A program made the translations under genes and the position numbers. DNA of 51,175 bases, from assembly GCA_039588275.1 (NCBI GenBank), contig JBDHAC010000029.1, positions 1 through 51,175 of the forward strand. The letters run 5' to 3'. The DNA comes from Gemmatimonadota bacterium (GTDB lineage: Bacteria > Gemmatimonadota > Gemmatimonadetes > Palauibacterales > Palauibacteraceae). The stretch's first letter is position 1. The number at the start of each line of letters is the position of its first letter. The notes beneath the pieces are model-generated. The model did no database searches. It had not been told where the DNA came from and worked only from the letters and a program-made list of their open reading frames with translations. Below, one piece after another: positions 29,166 through 37,734 of the stretch.

Positions 29166-30149
29166 TTGGGCGTGCCGCGCATAGGGATCACCCTCGGGGA
29201 CCCGCGCGGCATCGGTCCGGAGGTGATCGCTTCAGCGCTCGCCGCTACGGCGGTCCGTGAGGTCGCCCGCTATCTTCTCATCGGGCCGAAGTCGGTGGAC
29301 GGTGGCGACGCCGGAGTCATCTCCGACCAGGCGATCGGCCGCGTGGAGCGCGAGGTGGTGGGCGCCTGGGGAGGCCAGGTCGAGGCCGACGACGGCGAGC
29401 GAGCCGCGGGCGAGGTCTCAGGGCGATCGATCGAGCGGGGGGTCGAGCTGGCGGTCAGGGGAGAGATCGACGGGCTGGTGACGGGACCGATCAGCAAGCG
29501 GGCGTTGCGGGCGGCCGGGTACGAGTACCCGGGACACACCGAGCTGCTGCGGGATCGCGCCGGGGTCGAAGAGGTGACGATGATGATGGCGGCCGAGCGC
29601 ACACCCCTGGGGGGTCCCCTCCGATTGGCGTTGCTCACCGCGCACATCCCCCTCCGTGAGGTACCTCCCGCGTTGACGGTCGAGCTCGCGGTGCAGCGCA
29701 CGCGCATCGCCATAGACGCCCTGCGCGAGTGGTGGGGGTTCGATCGCCCCAGGGTCGCCTTCGCGGGTCTGAATCCGCACGCGGGTGAATCGGGTCTGTT
29801 CGGCGACGAGGAGAGCCGGGTCCTGACCCCGGCCGCGGATCGCGTAGCAGCCGAGACCGGGGCCGAGATCGTGGGCGTGCTGCCCGCGGATACGGTCTTC
29901 CTCCACGCGATCGAAGGCGGGGCGGATCTGGTCGTGACTCCGTATCACGACGTGGGCCTGGCCGTCTTGAAGACGGTGGCTCGCGACGAGGGCGTGAACG
30001 TGACGGCCGGCCTGCCGTTTCCTCGCACTTCCCCGGACCACGGCACGGCGTTCGACATCGCGGGGACCGGGAGAGCGAATCCGGGCGCTATGATCGCGGC
30101 GATCGAGTTGTGCGCCCGCTTCTGCAACACGAGCGTGACAGTCACATGA
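29166..30149 (+). CDS. pdxA: 4-hydroxythreonine-4-phosphate dehydrogenase
   Basis: ITLGDPRGIGPEV, PGHTE, GLNPHAGE, YHDVGL, RTSPDHGTAFDIAG. Start is TTG 29166 or GTG 29172. Confidence 0.95.
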   Translation: MGVPRIGITLGDPRGIGPEVIASALAATAVREVARYLLIGPKSVDGGDAGVISDQAIGRVEREVVGAWGGQVEADDGERAAGEVSGRSIERGVELAVRGEIDGLVTGPISKRALRAAGYEYPGHTELLRDRAGVEEVTMMMAAERTPLGGPLRLALLTAHIPLREVPPALTVELAVQRTRIAIDALREWWGFDRPRVAFAGLNPHAGESGLFGDEESRVLTPAADRVAAETGAEIVGVLPADTVFLHAIEGGADLVVTPYHDVGLAVLKTVARDEGVNVTAGLPFPRTSPDHGTAFDIAGTGRANPGAMIAAIELCARFCNTSVTVT

Positions 30150-30162
30150 TTCTGGCACTCAC

Positions 30163-30927
30163 ATGATTCGGTTCCGTAACGTCACGAAGAACTACCCGCG
30201 GAGCGGGGCGGCGCTCGAGGACGTGAGCTTCCACCTCCGGAAGGGAGAGTTCGCGTTCGTCACCGGTGCGTCGGGCGCGGGAAAGACCACGCTGCTGCGC
30301 CTGGTACACTTCCAGACGCTCCCGTCGGAGGGCGAGGTTCGGGTCTCGCGGTATGCTTCGTCCAAGATCAAGCGACGCGAGGTGCCGGACCTCAGGCGAC
30401 GGGTGGGGTTCGTGTTCCAGGACTTCCGGCTCCTGGAGCGGCTGACCGCGGCCGAGAACGTGGCCTTCGCGCTCGAGGTCACCGGGACGGCCAAGTCACA
30501 GATCGCACCGAAGGTCCAGCGACTGCTCAGTCAGGTGGGCCTCGCGGCCAAGGCCCGGTCGCTGCCCTCCGAGCTGTCGGGCGGTCAGCGGCAGCGGGTC
30601 GTCATCGCGCGCGCTCTCGCGACGGACCCGCTGATCCTGCTCGCGGATGAGCCGACGGGCAATCTGGACCCGCGTGCCGCGGACAGCGTGTTCGAGCTGT
30701 TCAGCTCGATCAACCAGCTGGGGATGGCGGTCCTCATGGCTACGCACGATGCGAGATTGATACGTGACCATCCGCAGGTGCGAGTGCTGGAGCTGGAGCA
30801 CGGCCGCCTGGTGTTCGACTCGGCGGCCGAAGAGGCTCGGGGCACTCCGGAGCCCCTTCCCGCGCCACCCCCGGGCCCCGCGGAGCAGGTAACGCCGATC
30901 GCCGGTCAGGAAGGAGGGACGGGATGA
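30163..30927 (+). CDS. ftsE: Cell division ABC ATPase FtsE
   Basis: GASGAGKTT, VFQDFRLL, LSGGQRQR, ADEPTGNLD, ATHD. Followed by ftsX. Confidence 0.93.
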   Translation: MIRFRNVTKNYPRSGAALEDVSFHLRKGEFAFVTGASGAGKTTLLRLVHFQTLPSEGEVRVSRYASSKIKRREVPDLRRRVGFVFQDFRLLERLTAAENVAFALEVTGTAKSQIAPKVQRLLSQVGLAAKARSLPSELSGGQRQRVVIARALATDPLILLADEPTGNLDPRAADSVFELFSSINQLGMAVLMATHDARLIRDHPQVRVLELEHGRLVFDSAAEEARGTPEPLPAPPPGPAEQVTPIAGQEGGTG

Positions 30928-31787
30928 GGGCGGTTCGTGAGGCCCTGTCGGCATTCCGGCGAGCGCCGCTTCTGGGCGGACTCTCGATCACGGCGATCGC
31001 GCTCAGCTTGTTGATCGTGGGACTGTTCGGACTCAGCGCGCACAACATCGGCGTGGCGATCACCGACGTCGAGCGCCGGGTCGAAGTCGTCGGGTATCTG
31101 ACGGAGGACGCGAGCGAAGACCAGGTGACCCTCGCGCGCCGCGAGATCGAGAGCTTTCCCGAGGTCGAGGACGTGCGGTACGTCTCGAAGACCGAAGCCC
31201 TGTTCAACGCCTCGCGCGACCTGCCGGAGTTCTCCGACGTGTTCTCCGACCTGGACGTCAACCCTCTACCCGCTTCGCTCGAGCTCCGTCTCCTGCCCGG
31301 GTATCGCGACCCCGAGAACGTGCGAACGGTCGCGGAGCGCGTGCGGGGATACGGGTTCATCGAGGAGGTGCGGTTCGGCCAGGGCTGGGTGGAGCGCATC
31401 TTCGCACTGCGTCGGATTGCCGGTGGCACGGCGATGGTGCTTGGTGGCGCGTTCGCGATCGCCGCTATCCTCCTGATCGCGACGGCGGTTCGCATGGCGA
31501 TCCTGGCTCGGTCCGAGGAGATCGACGTCATGCAGACCGTGGGCGCCACGGAGGGCTATATCCAGCGCCCGTTTCTGATCGAGGGCCTCATCACCGGGCT
31601 CCTGGGCGGCTTGGTCGCGCTGGGCCTCACGCGGCTCGCGTATCAGCTCATCCACGATGGCCTAGTCACGCTACAGTGGCTGCCCGACGCATGGGTCCTC
31701 ATCGGGATGGTGACGGCTTCGGCGCTCGGGATGCTCACGGCCGGGTACGCGGTGCGACGCGAGCTCGGGAAGGCGTATGCGATCTAG
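30924..31787 (+). CDS. ftsX: Cell division permease FtsX
   Basis: NPLPASLE, EEIDVMQTVGAT...PFLIEG, four TMs. ATGA-coupled to ftsE. Confidence 0.92.
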   Translation: MRAVREALSAFRRAPLLGGLSITAIALSLLIVGLFGLSAHNIGVAITDVERRVEVVGYLTEDASEDQVTLARREIESFPEVEDVRYVSKTEALFNASRDLPEFSDVFSDLDVNPLPASLELRLLPGYRDPENVRTVAERVRGYGFIEEVRFGQGWVERIFALRRIAGGTAMVLGGAFAIAAILLIATAVRMAILARSEEIDVMQTVGATEGYIQRPFLIEGLITGLLGGLVALGLTRLAYQLIHDGLVTLQWLPDAWVLIGMVTASALGMLTAGYAVRRELGKAYAI

Positions 31788-32997
31788 CGCCTGGGTGCGG
31801 GTCGGCGGCGCGTTCCTGCTGTCGCTGCTCATCGCGGTCGCCTTCGGTACCGCCCAGGAGACCAGCGAGGACGTCCTCCGGCGACAGATCAGGGAGAGCC
31901 AGGACCGGTTGGAGCGCATCCGCGGAGAAAGGCGCCGACTCCAGAACGAGCTCCAGGGTCTCACCAGCGAGGTGCACAACGTCTCCGAGGAGATCCGCAA
32001 CATCGAGCGGCAGATCACTGCTTCCTCGAGCCTGGTGGCGGAACTCGACGTACAGCTCCTGGCGTTGCTCGAGCAGGTCGCGATCAGCACGCGCGATATG
32101 CTGCTCACCCGGGACCAGCTGACCGCGCGCGAGGTCGTTCTCCGCGAGAGGCTACGAGAGATCTACAAACGTGGGCCGTTGGCCCCGGTCCAGGTGCTTC
32201 TGGCCGCCACGTCGTTCGCCGACCTGCTGAATCGATACAAATACCTGCACCAGGTCGCGCTATTCGACCGGTTGCTCGTGCAGGAGGTCGGCCGGCTGGA
32301 GCATGAGCTTGAAGATCACCGGGCCGGCCTCGCGCGCGATGCGGAGAGCATTCGCGACGTCCGCGACGAAAAGTCGCTCGAGCTCGAGGAGCTGAATCGG
32401 TTGGAGCAGCAGCGGCAGCGACGCCTGACCAACTACGCGTCGCGTCAGACGCAGGCGGAGAGCCGGCTCGCTCAGCTGGCGGCCGAGGAGGAGCAGCTCC
32501 GTGGCGTCCTCGCGAGTCTCGAGGAACAGCGCCGCGCGCTGGAAGCGGCCTCCGGCGCCGTCTCGGTGTCGACGATGACCACCGGCGACCTGGGGCAGTT
32601 GGGCTGGCCCGTCGAAGGGAGCATCGTCTACAACTTCGGTCCCGAGCGACAGGGGAACACGACGATCCTGCGCGAGGGCATCGGCATCGCGGCCCCGGTC
32701 GGCACTCCGGTGCGCACCGTAGAGGCGGGCGAGGTGCGGTACGCCGAGTTCCGCGGAATCTCGGGGTATACGGTCATCATCGGACACGGTGGCGGATACT
32801 ACTCCGTGTACTTGCACCTCCAGGGGTTGTCCGTCTCGACCGGGGACCGTGTCGCGGTCGGGCAGGTCATCGGGCGCGTCGGTGACACGGCCGCTCCGGA
32901 TCTGCCACCGTACATCGAGTTTCAGATCCACGAGCCCAGCGGCTCGGGAGATCCACGCGCCGTGGACCCGGTCCGCTGGCTGCGGGGACGCTCTTGA
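31777..32997 (+). CDS. envC: Murein hydrolase activator EnvC-like (coiled coil + degenerate M23)
   Basis: Signal peptide, long coiled coil, WPVEG, GIGI, YLHL, GQVIG. HxxxD and HxH are replaced (REGIG, YIE), as expected for inactive EnvC. Confidence 0.85.
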   Translation: MRSSAWVRVGGAFLLSLLIAVAFGTAQETSEDVLRRQIRESQDRLERIRGERRRLQNELQGLTSEVHNVSEEIRNIERQITASSSLVAELDVQLLALLEQVAISTRDMLLTRDQLTAREVVLRERLREIYKRGPLAPVQVLLAATSFADLLNRYKYLHQVALFDRLLVQEVGRLEHELEDHRAGLARDAESIRDVRDEKSLELEELNRLEQQRQRRLTNYASRQTQAESRLAQLAAEEEQLRGVLASLEEQRRALEAASGAVSVSTMTTGDLGQLGWPVEGSIVYNFGPERQGNTTILREGIGIAAPVGTPVRTVEAGEVRYAEFRGISGYTVIIGHGGGYYSVYLHLQGLSVSTGDRVAVGQVIGRVGDTAAPDLPPYIEFQIHEPSGSGDPRAVDPVRWLRGRS

Positions 32998-34169
32998 CCG
33001 ACACTCCCGAGCTGACCCGCGCAGAGGGCCCGGGCCTGCCCACGGTGGTCGGCCACGAGGATCTGCGCGGGCGGCTCCGGGACGCGGCGTCCTCTCGGCG
33101 GATGCCCCAGTCGCTATTGCTGCACGGTCCACCCGGCGTCGGGAAGCGGACGCTCGCGCTGTGGACCGCGGCGCTGCTGCAGTGCGAGAGCCCCGATCCA
33201 CCCTGCAGATCCTGTCGCAGCTGCCGTCTCGCCGCCCGCCTCGAGCACCCGGACACGCACTACCATTTTCCGCTGCCGAGACCGAAGGGTGCGTCGACGC
33301 GCCGCAAACTGCGCGACATGCTCGAGGCGGCGAGGATGGAGCGGCTGGCAGTTCTCAGGGAGGGTGAGACGTCACAGTCCGAGGACGATCAGGTTACCGG
33401 CATCTACCTGGCCGCGGTCGAGGAGATTCGCGCGCAGGCGGCCCGTCGGCCGGCGATGGGACCCTCGGCGGTCTTCGTCATCTCCGAGGCCGACCGGATG
33501 GTTCCCCAGAGCGCGAACCCGGAAGCCGCCAACGCATTCCTCAAGCTGCTCGAGGAACCCCCCGGCTACGCCTACGTCATCCTGACGAGCAGCCGGCCGA
33601 GCGCCTTGCTGCCCACCATCCGGTCCCGCGTCACGTCGCTTCGCGTCGCCCCCCTCAGCAAGCACGAGGTCGCGGATCACCTGCTCGAGTCGCGCGGAGT
33701 GGGGCGCGAGGAGGCGGAGGCAGCCGCGCGCCGCGCACAAGGGTCGATCGGGTATGCGCTGGCGCTCCTGTCGGGGCATGGGGACGAGGCGCGGGAGGGG
33801 GCCGATCGTCTGCTCCGCGCGGCGGCTCTCGGAGGCGACGGCGACCGGCTCAGGGCGGCGTTGGCCTTTACCGCGCGTGGGGCCCGCTCGGTGCTCGTCG
33901 ATGTCCTCGACGCGCTCGAGGAGCGCCTGCGAGATCTGCTGTGTGTGTCATCGGGGGCGGGGGAGCGGGCTCTGGCGCCTCAGGACGTCGACCGGTTGCT
34001 GCGCGCTCCGCCCGACCCTGCGCGCGTGCAGGAGGCGTTGGGGATCGTCGAGCGGGCCCGCGAGGACGCCAACCGTAACGTGAACCCCCAGGCCACGGTC
34101 GCGCTTCTCCTCGGCGATCTGGCGGGCGCGCTCGGGAGAGAGGAAGCCGGTAGGCCGAGCGGGGTCTGA
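32994..34169 (+). CDS. holB: DNA polymerase III delta' subunit
   Basis: LLLHGPPGVGK, C..C..C zinc module, HPD, EAANAFLKLLEEPP, LLPTIRSR. Confidence 0.9.
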   Translation: MTDTPELTRAEGPGLPTVVGHEDLRGRLRDAASSRRMPQSLLLHGPPGVGKRTLALWTAALLQCESPDPPCRSCRSCRLAARLEHPDTHYHFPLPRPKGASTRRKLRDMLEAARMERLAVLREGETSQSEDDQVTGIYLAAVEEIRAQAARRPAMGPSAVFVISEADRMVPQSANPEAANAFLKLLEEPPGYAYVILTSSRPSALLPTIRSRVTSLRVAPLSKHEVADHLLESRGVGREEAEAAARRAQGSIGYALALLSGHGDEAREGADRLLRAAALGGDGDRLRAALAFTARGARSVLVDVLDALEERLRDLLCVSSGAGERALAPQDVDRLLRAPPDPARVQEALGIVERAREDANRNVNPQATVALLLGDLAGALGREEAGRPSGV

Positions 34170-34378
34170 AGGCTGGTAACGACAAGCGTACCGGGGGCTT
34201 GCAGCCCCTTACCCCGCCGCGGATGGCAGCGGCGGTGTCACGGAGGGGAACCTCGGATCGTTCTGGGGTTACTCACGCCGCTAGCAAGCCCGCCGGAGCC
34301 GTTCAGCGACGCGCTGGTTCCACGGCGCAGGCACGCATTGCCTCCGTCAGCGAGACGTTTGCGAAGGAGGTTGGGCCC

Positions 34379-34891
34379 GTGGAGTTCTCCCACCTCGACG
34401 AATCCGGTCGCGTGCGGATGGTGGACGTGAGCCAGAAGCCCGTGTCCCGGCGAACCGCCGTCGCTGAAGGACTCATTCGCATGGATGCCTCGACGCTCCA
34501 GGCAATTCGGTCCGGAGAAGTCGAGAAGGGCGAAGCACTCGCCGTCGCCCGCCTGGCGGCGATCGGCGCGGCGAAGCGAGCCGCAGATTTGATCCCGCTG
34601 TGTCACCCGGTCCCCCTCGATCGAATAGACGTGGAGATCGAGGCCGTGCCCGAGCTTCCGGGACTTCGAATGCGGGTACGGGCCTCGGCGGAGTGGCGCA
34701 CGGGGGTCGAGATGGAGGCGCTGGTCGCGGTGGCGGGCGGCCTGCTGGCCGTCTACGACATGTGCAAGGGGAAGGACCGGGGCATGGAGGTCGGGACGAT
34801 CCGCTTGCTGGAGAAGACGGGCGGGACATCGGGCGATTGGCGAGCGGAAGGTGCGTTCGCCGGGCAGCCCGGGGATCCGGCTCACGGCTAG
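34379..34891 (+). CDS. moaC: Cyclic pyranopterin monophosphate synthase
   Basis: FSHLD...RMVDVS, LIPLCHP, TGVEMEAL, YDMCK, KTGG. GTG start 8 nt after AAGGAGG. Confidence 0.95.
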   Translation: MEFSHLDESGRVRMVDVSQKPVSRRTAVAEGLIRMDASTLQAIRSGEVEKGEALAVARLAAIGAAKRAADLIPLCHPVPLDRIDVEIEAVPELPGLRMRVRASAEWRTGVEMEALVAVAGGLLAVYDMCKGKDRGMEVGTIRLLEKTGGTSGDWRAEGAFAGQPGDPAHG

Positions 34892-35016
34892 ACGCGTTGA
34901 ACCTGGTGCACCCCCGGGCTCGTAGAGGGTACACCTGAGGCGAGGATAGCGGGGTAGACACCCGGTGGATGCATGGTAACCTGGTGCGCCGCGAGATAGA
35001 TTTCGAGACGTGTCGT

Positions 35017-35679
35017 ATGAATAAAATATTACCTGTAGGGAAGTTACGGGGATCGCGAGCGACGAAGGACGGGTCGGAGACTGCCCGCCGTAAAGGCGGT
35101 TACCTGACCATCCCCCTTCTGGTCCTCAGCTCGCTGGCATCGCTCGGATTCGGGCACACCGAGGCCGGAAACTTGCGTGCCGAGGGGAGCTCGGGCATGC
35201 CCGTTCGTCTTACACAGAGTGACCTCGGGCTGTGGACGGTGCAGCTCCAGCGGCTCGAAAGGACTCGAGCGTACGCGGGCGAGTTCCGGATCGAGCGGCG
35301 GCTGGCGGAGCGAATCTACGACGCAGCCGTGAATGAGGGCGTCGACGTGGACCTGGCGTTCCGCCTAGTCAAGGTCGAGTCTTCGTTCAGGCAGCGTGCC
35401 GTCGGTCCGGCGGGGTCGATCGGCTATACGCAGGTGCAGCCACGAACCGCGCGCTGGCTTGACCCGAGCGTGTCTCGCGAGGACCTGTTCGAGACGGAGA
35501 CGAACCTGCGGCTCGGTTTTCGCTACCTGAAGATGTTGCTGGACAGGTACCGCAGCACGAGGATGGCCCTGCTCGCCTATAACCGCGGCCCCGGCACGGT
35601 GGCGACGGTGCTGGCAGCGGGGGAAGATCCCGCGAACGGATACGCGCGCCGGGTATTGGCTGTGAAACCGGCGCGCTGA
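35017..35679 (+). CDS. Lytic transglycosylase (SLT domain)
   Basis: VKVESSF, GYTQV, NLRLGFRYL, ALLAYNRG, N-terminal hydrophobic segment. Start uncertain (34969 or 35017). Confidence 0.87.
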   Translation: MNKILPVGKLRGSRATKDGSETARRKGGYLTIPLLVLSSLASLGFGHTEAGNLRAEGSSGMPVRLTQSDLGLWTVQLQRLERTRAYAGEFRIERRLAERIYDAAVNEGVDVDLAFRLVKVESSFRQRAVGPAGSIGYTQVQPRTARWLDPSVSREDLFETETNLRLGFRYLKMLLDRYRSTRMALLAYNRGPGTVATVLAAGEDPANGYARRVLAVKPAR

Positions 35680-35737
35680 TCGGCGGGCCGGCCTACAGGT
35701 CAGGCTATCGCCCGCTGCGGGATCCGGGGAAGACCCG

Positions 35738-37165
35738 GTGACGACACAGCAACGGCGAGGCGATCAGTTGGACCACAAGCAAGCTCTCCAGGACAAGATC
35801 GAGGGCCGGGATGCGCGCGTAGGCGTCCTCGGGCTCGGGTACGTCGGGCTACCCGTGGCCGTCGCGTTCGCCGAGGCGGGCTTCTCGACTCTGGGCTTCG
35901 ACGTCGACGCATCGGTCGTCGAGCTGATTCAACGCGGCGCGTCACACATCGGCGATGTCTCGGCCGGACGCGTCGGGCGCCTGATCCAATCGAGCGCGCT
36001 CGAGGCCACCACCGATTTCGACCGCCTCGCCGAGATGGACGCGATCGTCATCTGCGTGCCGACTCCCCTGTCCAAGACCGGTGATCCCGATGTCTCGTAT
36101 ATCGTCCGGGCCGTGGATGAGGTCGTGCGGCACTTGCGACCGGGTCAGCTCGTAATCCTCGAGTCGACGACCTATCCGGGTACTACGCGCGAGCTCGTAC
36201 AGCCCAGCCTCGAGGCGTCGGGGCTGGCGGTCGGGCGCGATTGCTTCCTCGCGTTCAGCCCAGAGCGCGTCGATCCCGGCAATCAGGACTTCGATATCAA
36301 GAACACGCCCAAGGTGGTCGGCGGGCTGACCGGCGACTGCCACGAGCTGGCCGCGCAGCTTTATCGCAGCGTGATCGACACCGTGGTGGAGGTGTCTTCG
36401 CCCGAGGCGGCCGAGCTCACGAAGATCCTCGAAAACACGTTTCGGGCCGTGAACATCGGCCTCGTCAACGAGATGGCGGTGATCGCGGACCGGCTCGGGA
36501 TCGATATCTGGGAGGTGGTGGACGCGGCGTCGACGAAGCCGTACGGGTACATGCGGTTCACACCCGGCCCGGGGCTGGGGGGTCACTGCATCCCCATCGA
36601 CCCTCAGTACCTCGCGTGGAAGATGCGGACCCTCGAGTACAAGACGCGGTTCATCGAGCTCGCGGCGGAAATCAATGCCGAGATGCCGCGATATGTAGTC
36701 GCGAAGATCGCGGAGGCCCTGAACCGCGATCGGAAGCCGGTGAACGGTAGCCGCATCCTGCTGCTCGGCGTGTCCTACAAGCCCGACGTCGACGATACGC
36801 GCGAGAGTCCGGCGCTCGACATCCTCGAGCTTCTGCGCGAGATGGGAGCCACGGTCGAGTATCACGACCCGTACGTTTCGGCGCTGACGCTCGATTCGGG
36901 AGCGGCGGAGTCGGTTCCGCTCACCGCCGAGGTGCTGTCGGCCACTGACGCCGTCGTCATCACGGCCGACCACCGCGAGCTGGACTACGACCTGGTTCTG
37001 GAGCACGCGCGGGTCGTCGTGGACCCGCGGGACGGCCTACGCGGGCGATCGGGCAAGGCCACGATTTACCCGATCGCGGGCCCGCCCCGGCGCGACGGCC
37101 CTCCAGCCACCAGGAGCGCGGCCGACACGGCCGCTACCGACGCGACGGCGGACGTCGCCGTCTGA
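35738..37165 (+). CDS. Nucleotide-sugar (UDP-N-acetylhexosamine-type) dehydrogenase
   Basis: GLGYVGLP, ICVPTP, ESTTYPGTT, FSPERVDPG, GGHCIPIDP, YKPDVDDTRESP. Confidence 0.93.
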   Translation: MTTQQRRGDQLDHKQALQDKIEGRDARVGVLGLGYVGLPVAVAFAEAGFSTLGFDVDASVVELIQRGASHIGDVSAGRVGRLIQSSALEATTDFDRLAEMDAIVICVPTPLSKTGDPDVSYIVRAVDEVVRHLRPGQLVILESTTYPGTTRELVQPSLEASGLAVGRDCFLAFSPERVDPGNQDFDIKNTPKVVGGLTGDCHELAAQLYRSVIDTVVEVSSPEAAELTKILENTFRAVNIGLVNEMAVIADRLGIDIWEVVDAASTKPYGYMRFTPGPGLGGHCIPIDPQYLAWKMRTLEYKTRFIELAAEINAEMPRYVVAKIAEALNRDRKPVNGSRILLLGVSYKPDVDDTRESPALDILELLREMGATVEYHDPYVSALTLDSGAAESVPLTAEVLSATDAVVITADHRELDYDLVLEHARVVVDPRDGLRGRSGKATIYPIAGPPRRDGPPATRSAADTAATDATADVAV

Positions 37166-37192
37166 CCGCTGCGGAAGCTGCGGAAGACCCGG

Positions 37193-37358
37193 GACGCCCC
37201 CTGGGGCGGGGTACCCCTTCCCTCGCGACTGAAGCTCCGCGTGGGGACATACGGAGGTCCCGTCCCTGACCCGTCTAGTGTCTGATCCTATCGGGTCACA
37301 ACCAGCGCGGATCTAGCATCGCTCCCGAAGGGGTACCCCCGCCGAGGAAGGGGGCGTC
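37193..37358 (-). repeat. Structured intergenic element, copy A (candidate ncRNA or MITE-like unit)
   Basis: Shares a 26-bp and a 23-bp block with copy B in inverted orientation. Closed by its own long stem (GACGCCCCC/GGGGGCGTC and GGGGTACCCCTTC/GAAGGGGTACCCC). The strand is inferred from G-U pairs. Confidence 0.7.
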
Positions 37359-37581
37359 GATCCCTCCAGAGAGATTGCCAGCGCGAGGTGTACGCGAGCC
37401 CGGCGTCTATACTGCTGATAGTACAGCGACCCCTCCGCCCGCTGCGGCACCACCGTCATCTGGATGGAGCGATCTCCCGGTGAGCCCGCTGCGAATACCG
37501 CCGCGTAAGGTGACGGGGTCGACCCCCCGGATGCAGATGCCCGGACCAGGTAATACGGCTCGGTCGGACCATAGTCCCTCT

Positions 37582-37731
37582 GCCGTCGGGAGGGTATGCC
37601 TTCCCGAGCGACGCTAGATCCGCGCTGGGCGATGGGCTGACGGATCTGCCTCTAGACAAAAGAGGTGGAGGGTCGCACTTGTTGCGCCGCGGAGCTTCAG
37701 TCGCGAGGGAAGGCATGCCCTCGCGATCGGC
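37582..37731 (+). repeat. Structured intergenic element, copy B (candidate ncRNA or MITE-like unit)
   Basis: GAGCGACGCTAGATCCGCGCTGG-N13-GGATC-N5-CTAGAC-N30-CGCGGAGCTTCAGTCGCGAGGGAAGG, closed by GAGGGTATGCCTTCCC/GGGAAGGCATGCCCTC. Confidence 0.7.
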
Positions 37732-37734
37732 TTC

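Noticed and set aside
37166..37734. Intergenic region as tmRNA, RNase P RNA, SRP RNA, CRISPR array or integron attC
   Set aside because: It lacks the tmRNA tRNA-like ends, the RNase P GAGGAAAGUCC, the SRP loop motif, direct repeat-spacer periodicity and RYYYAAC/GTTRRRY cores.
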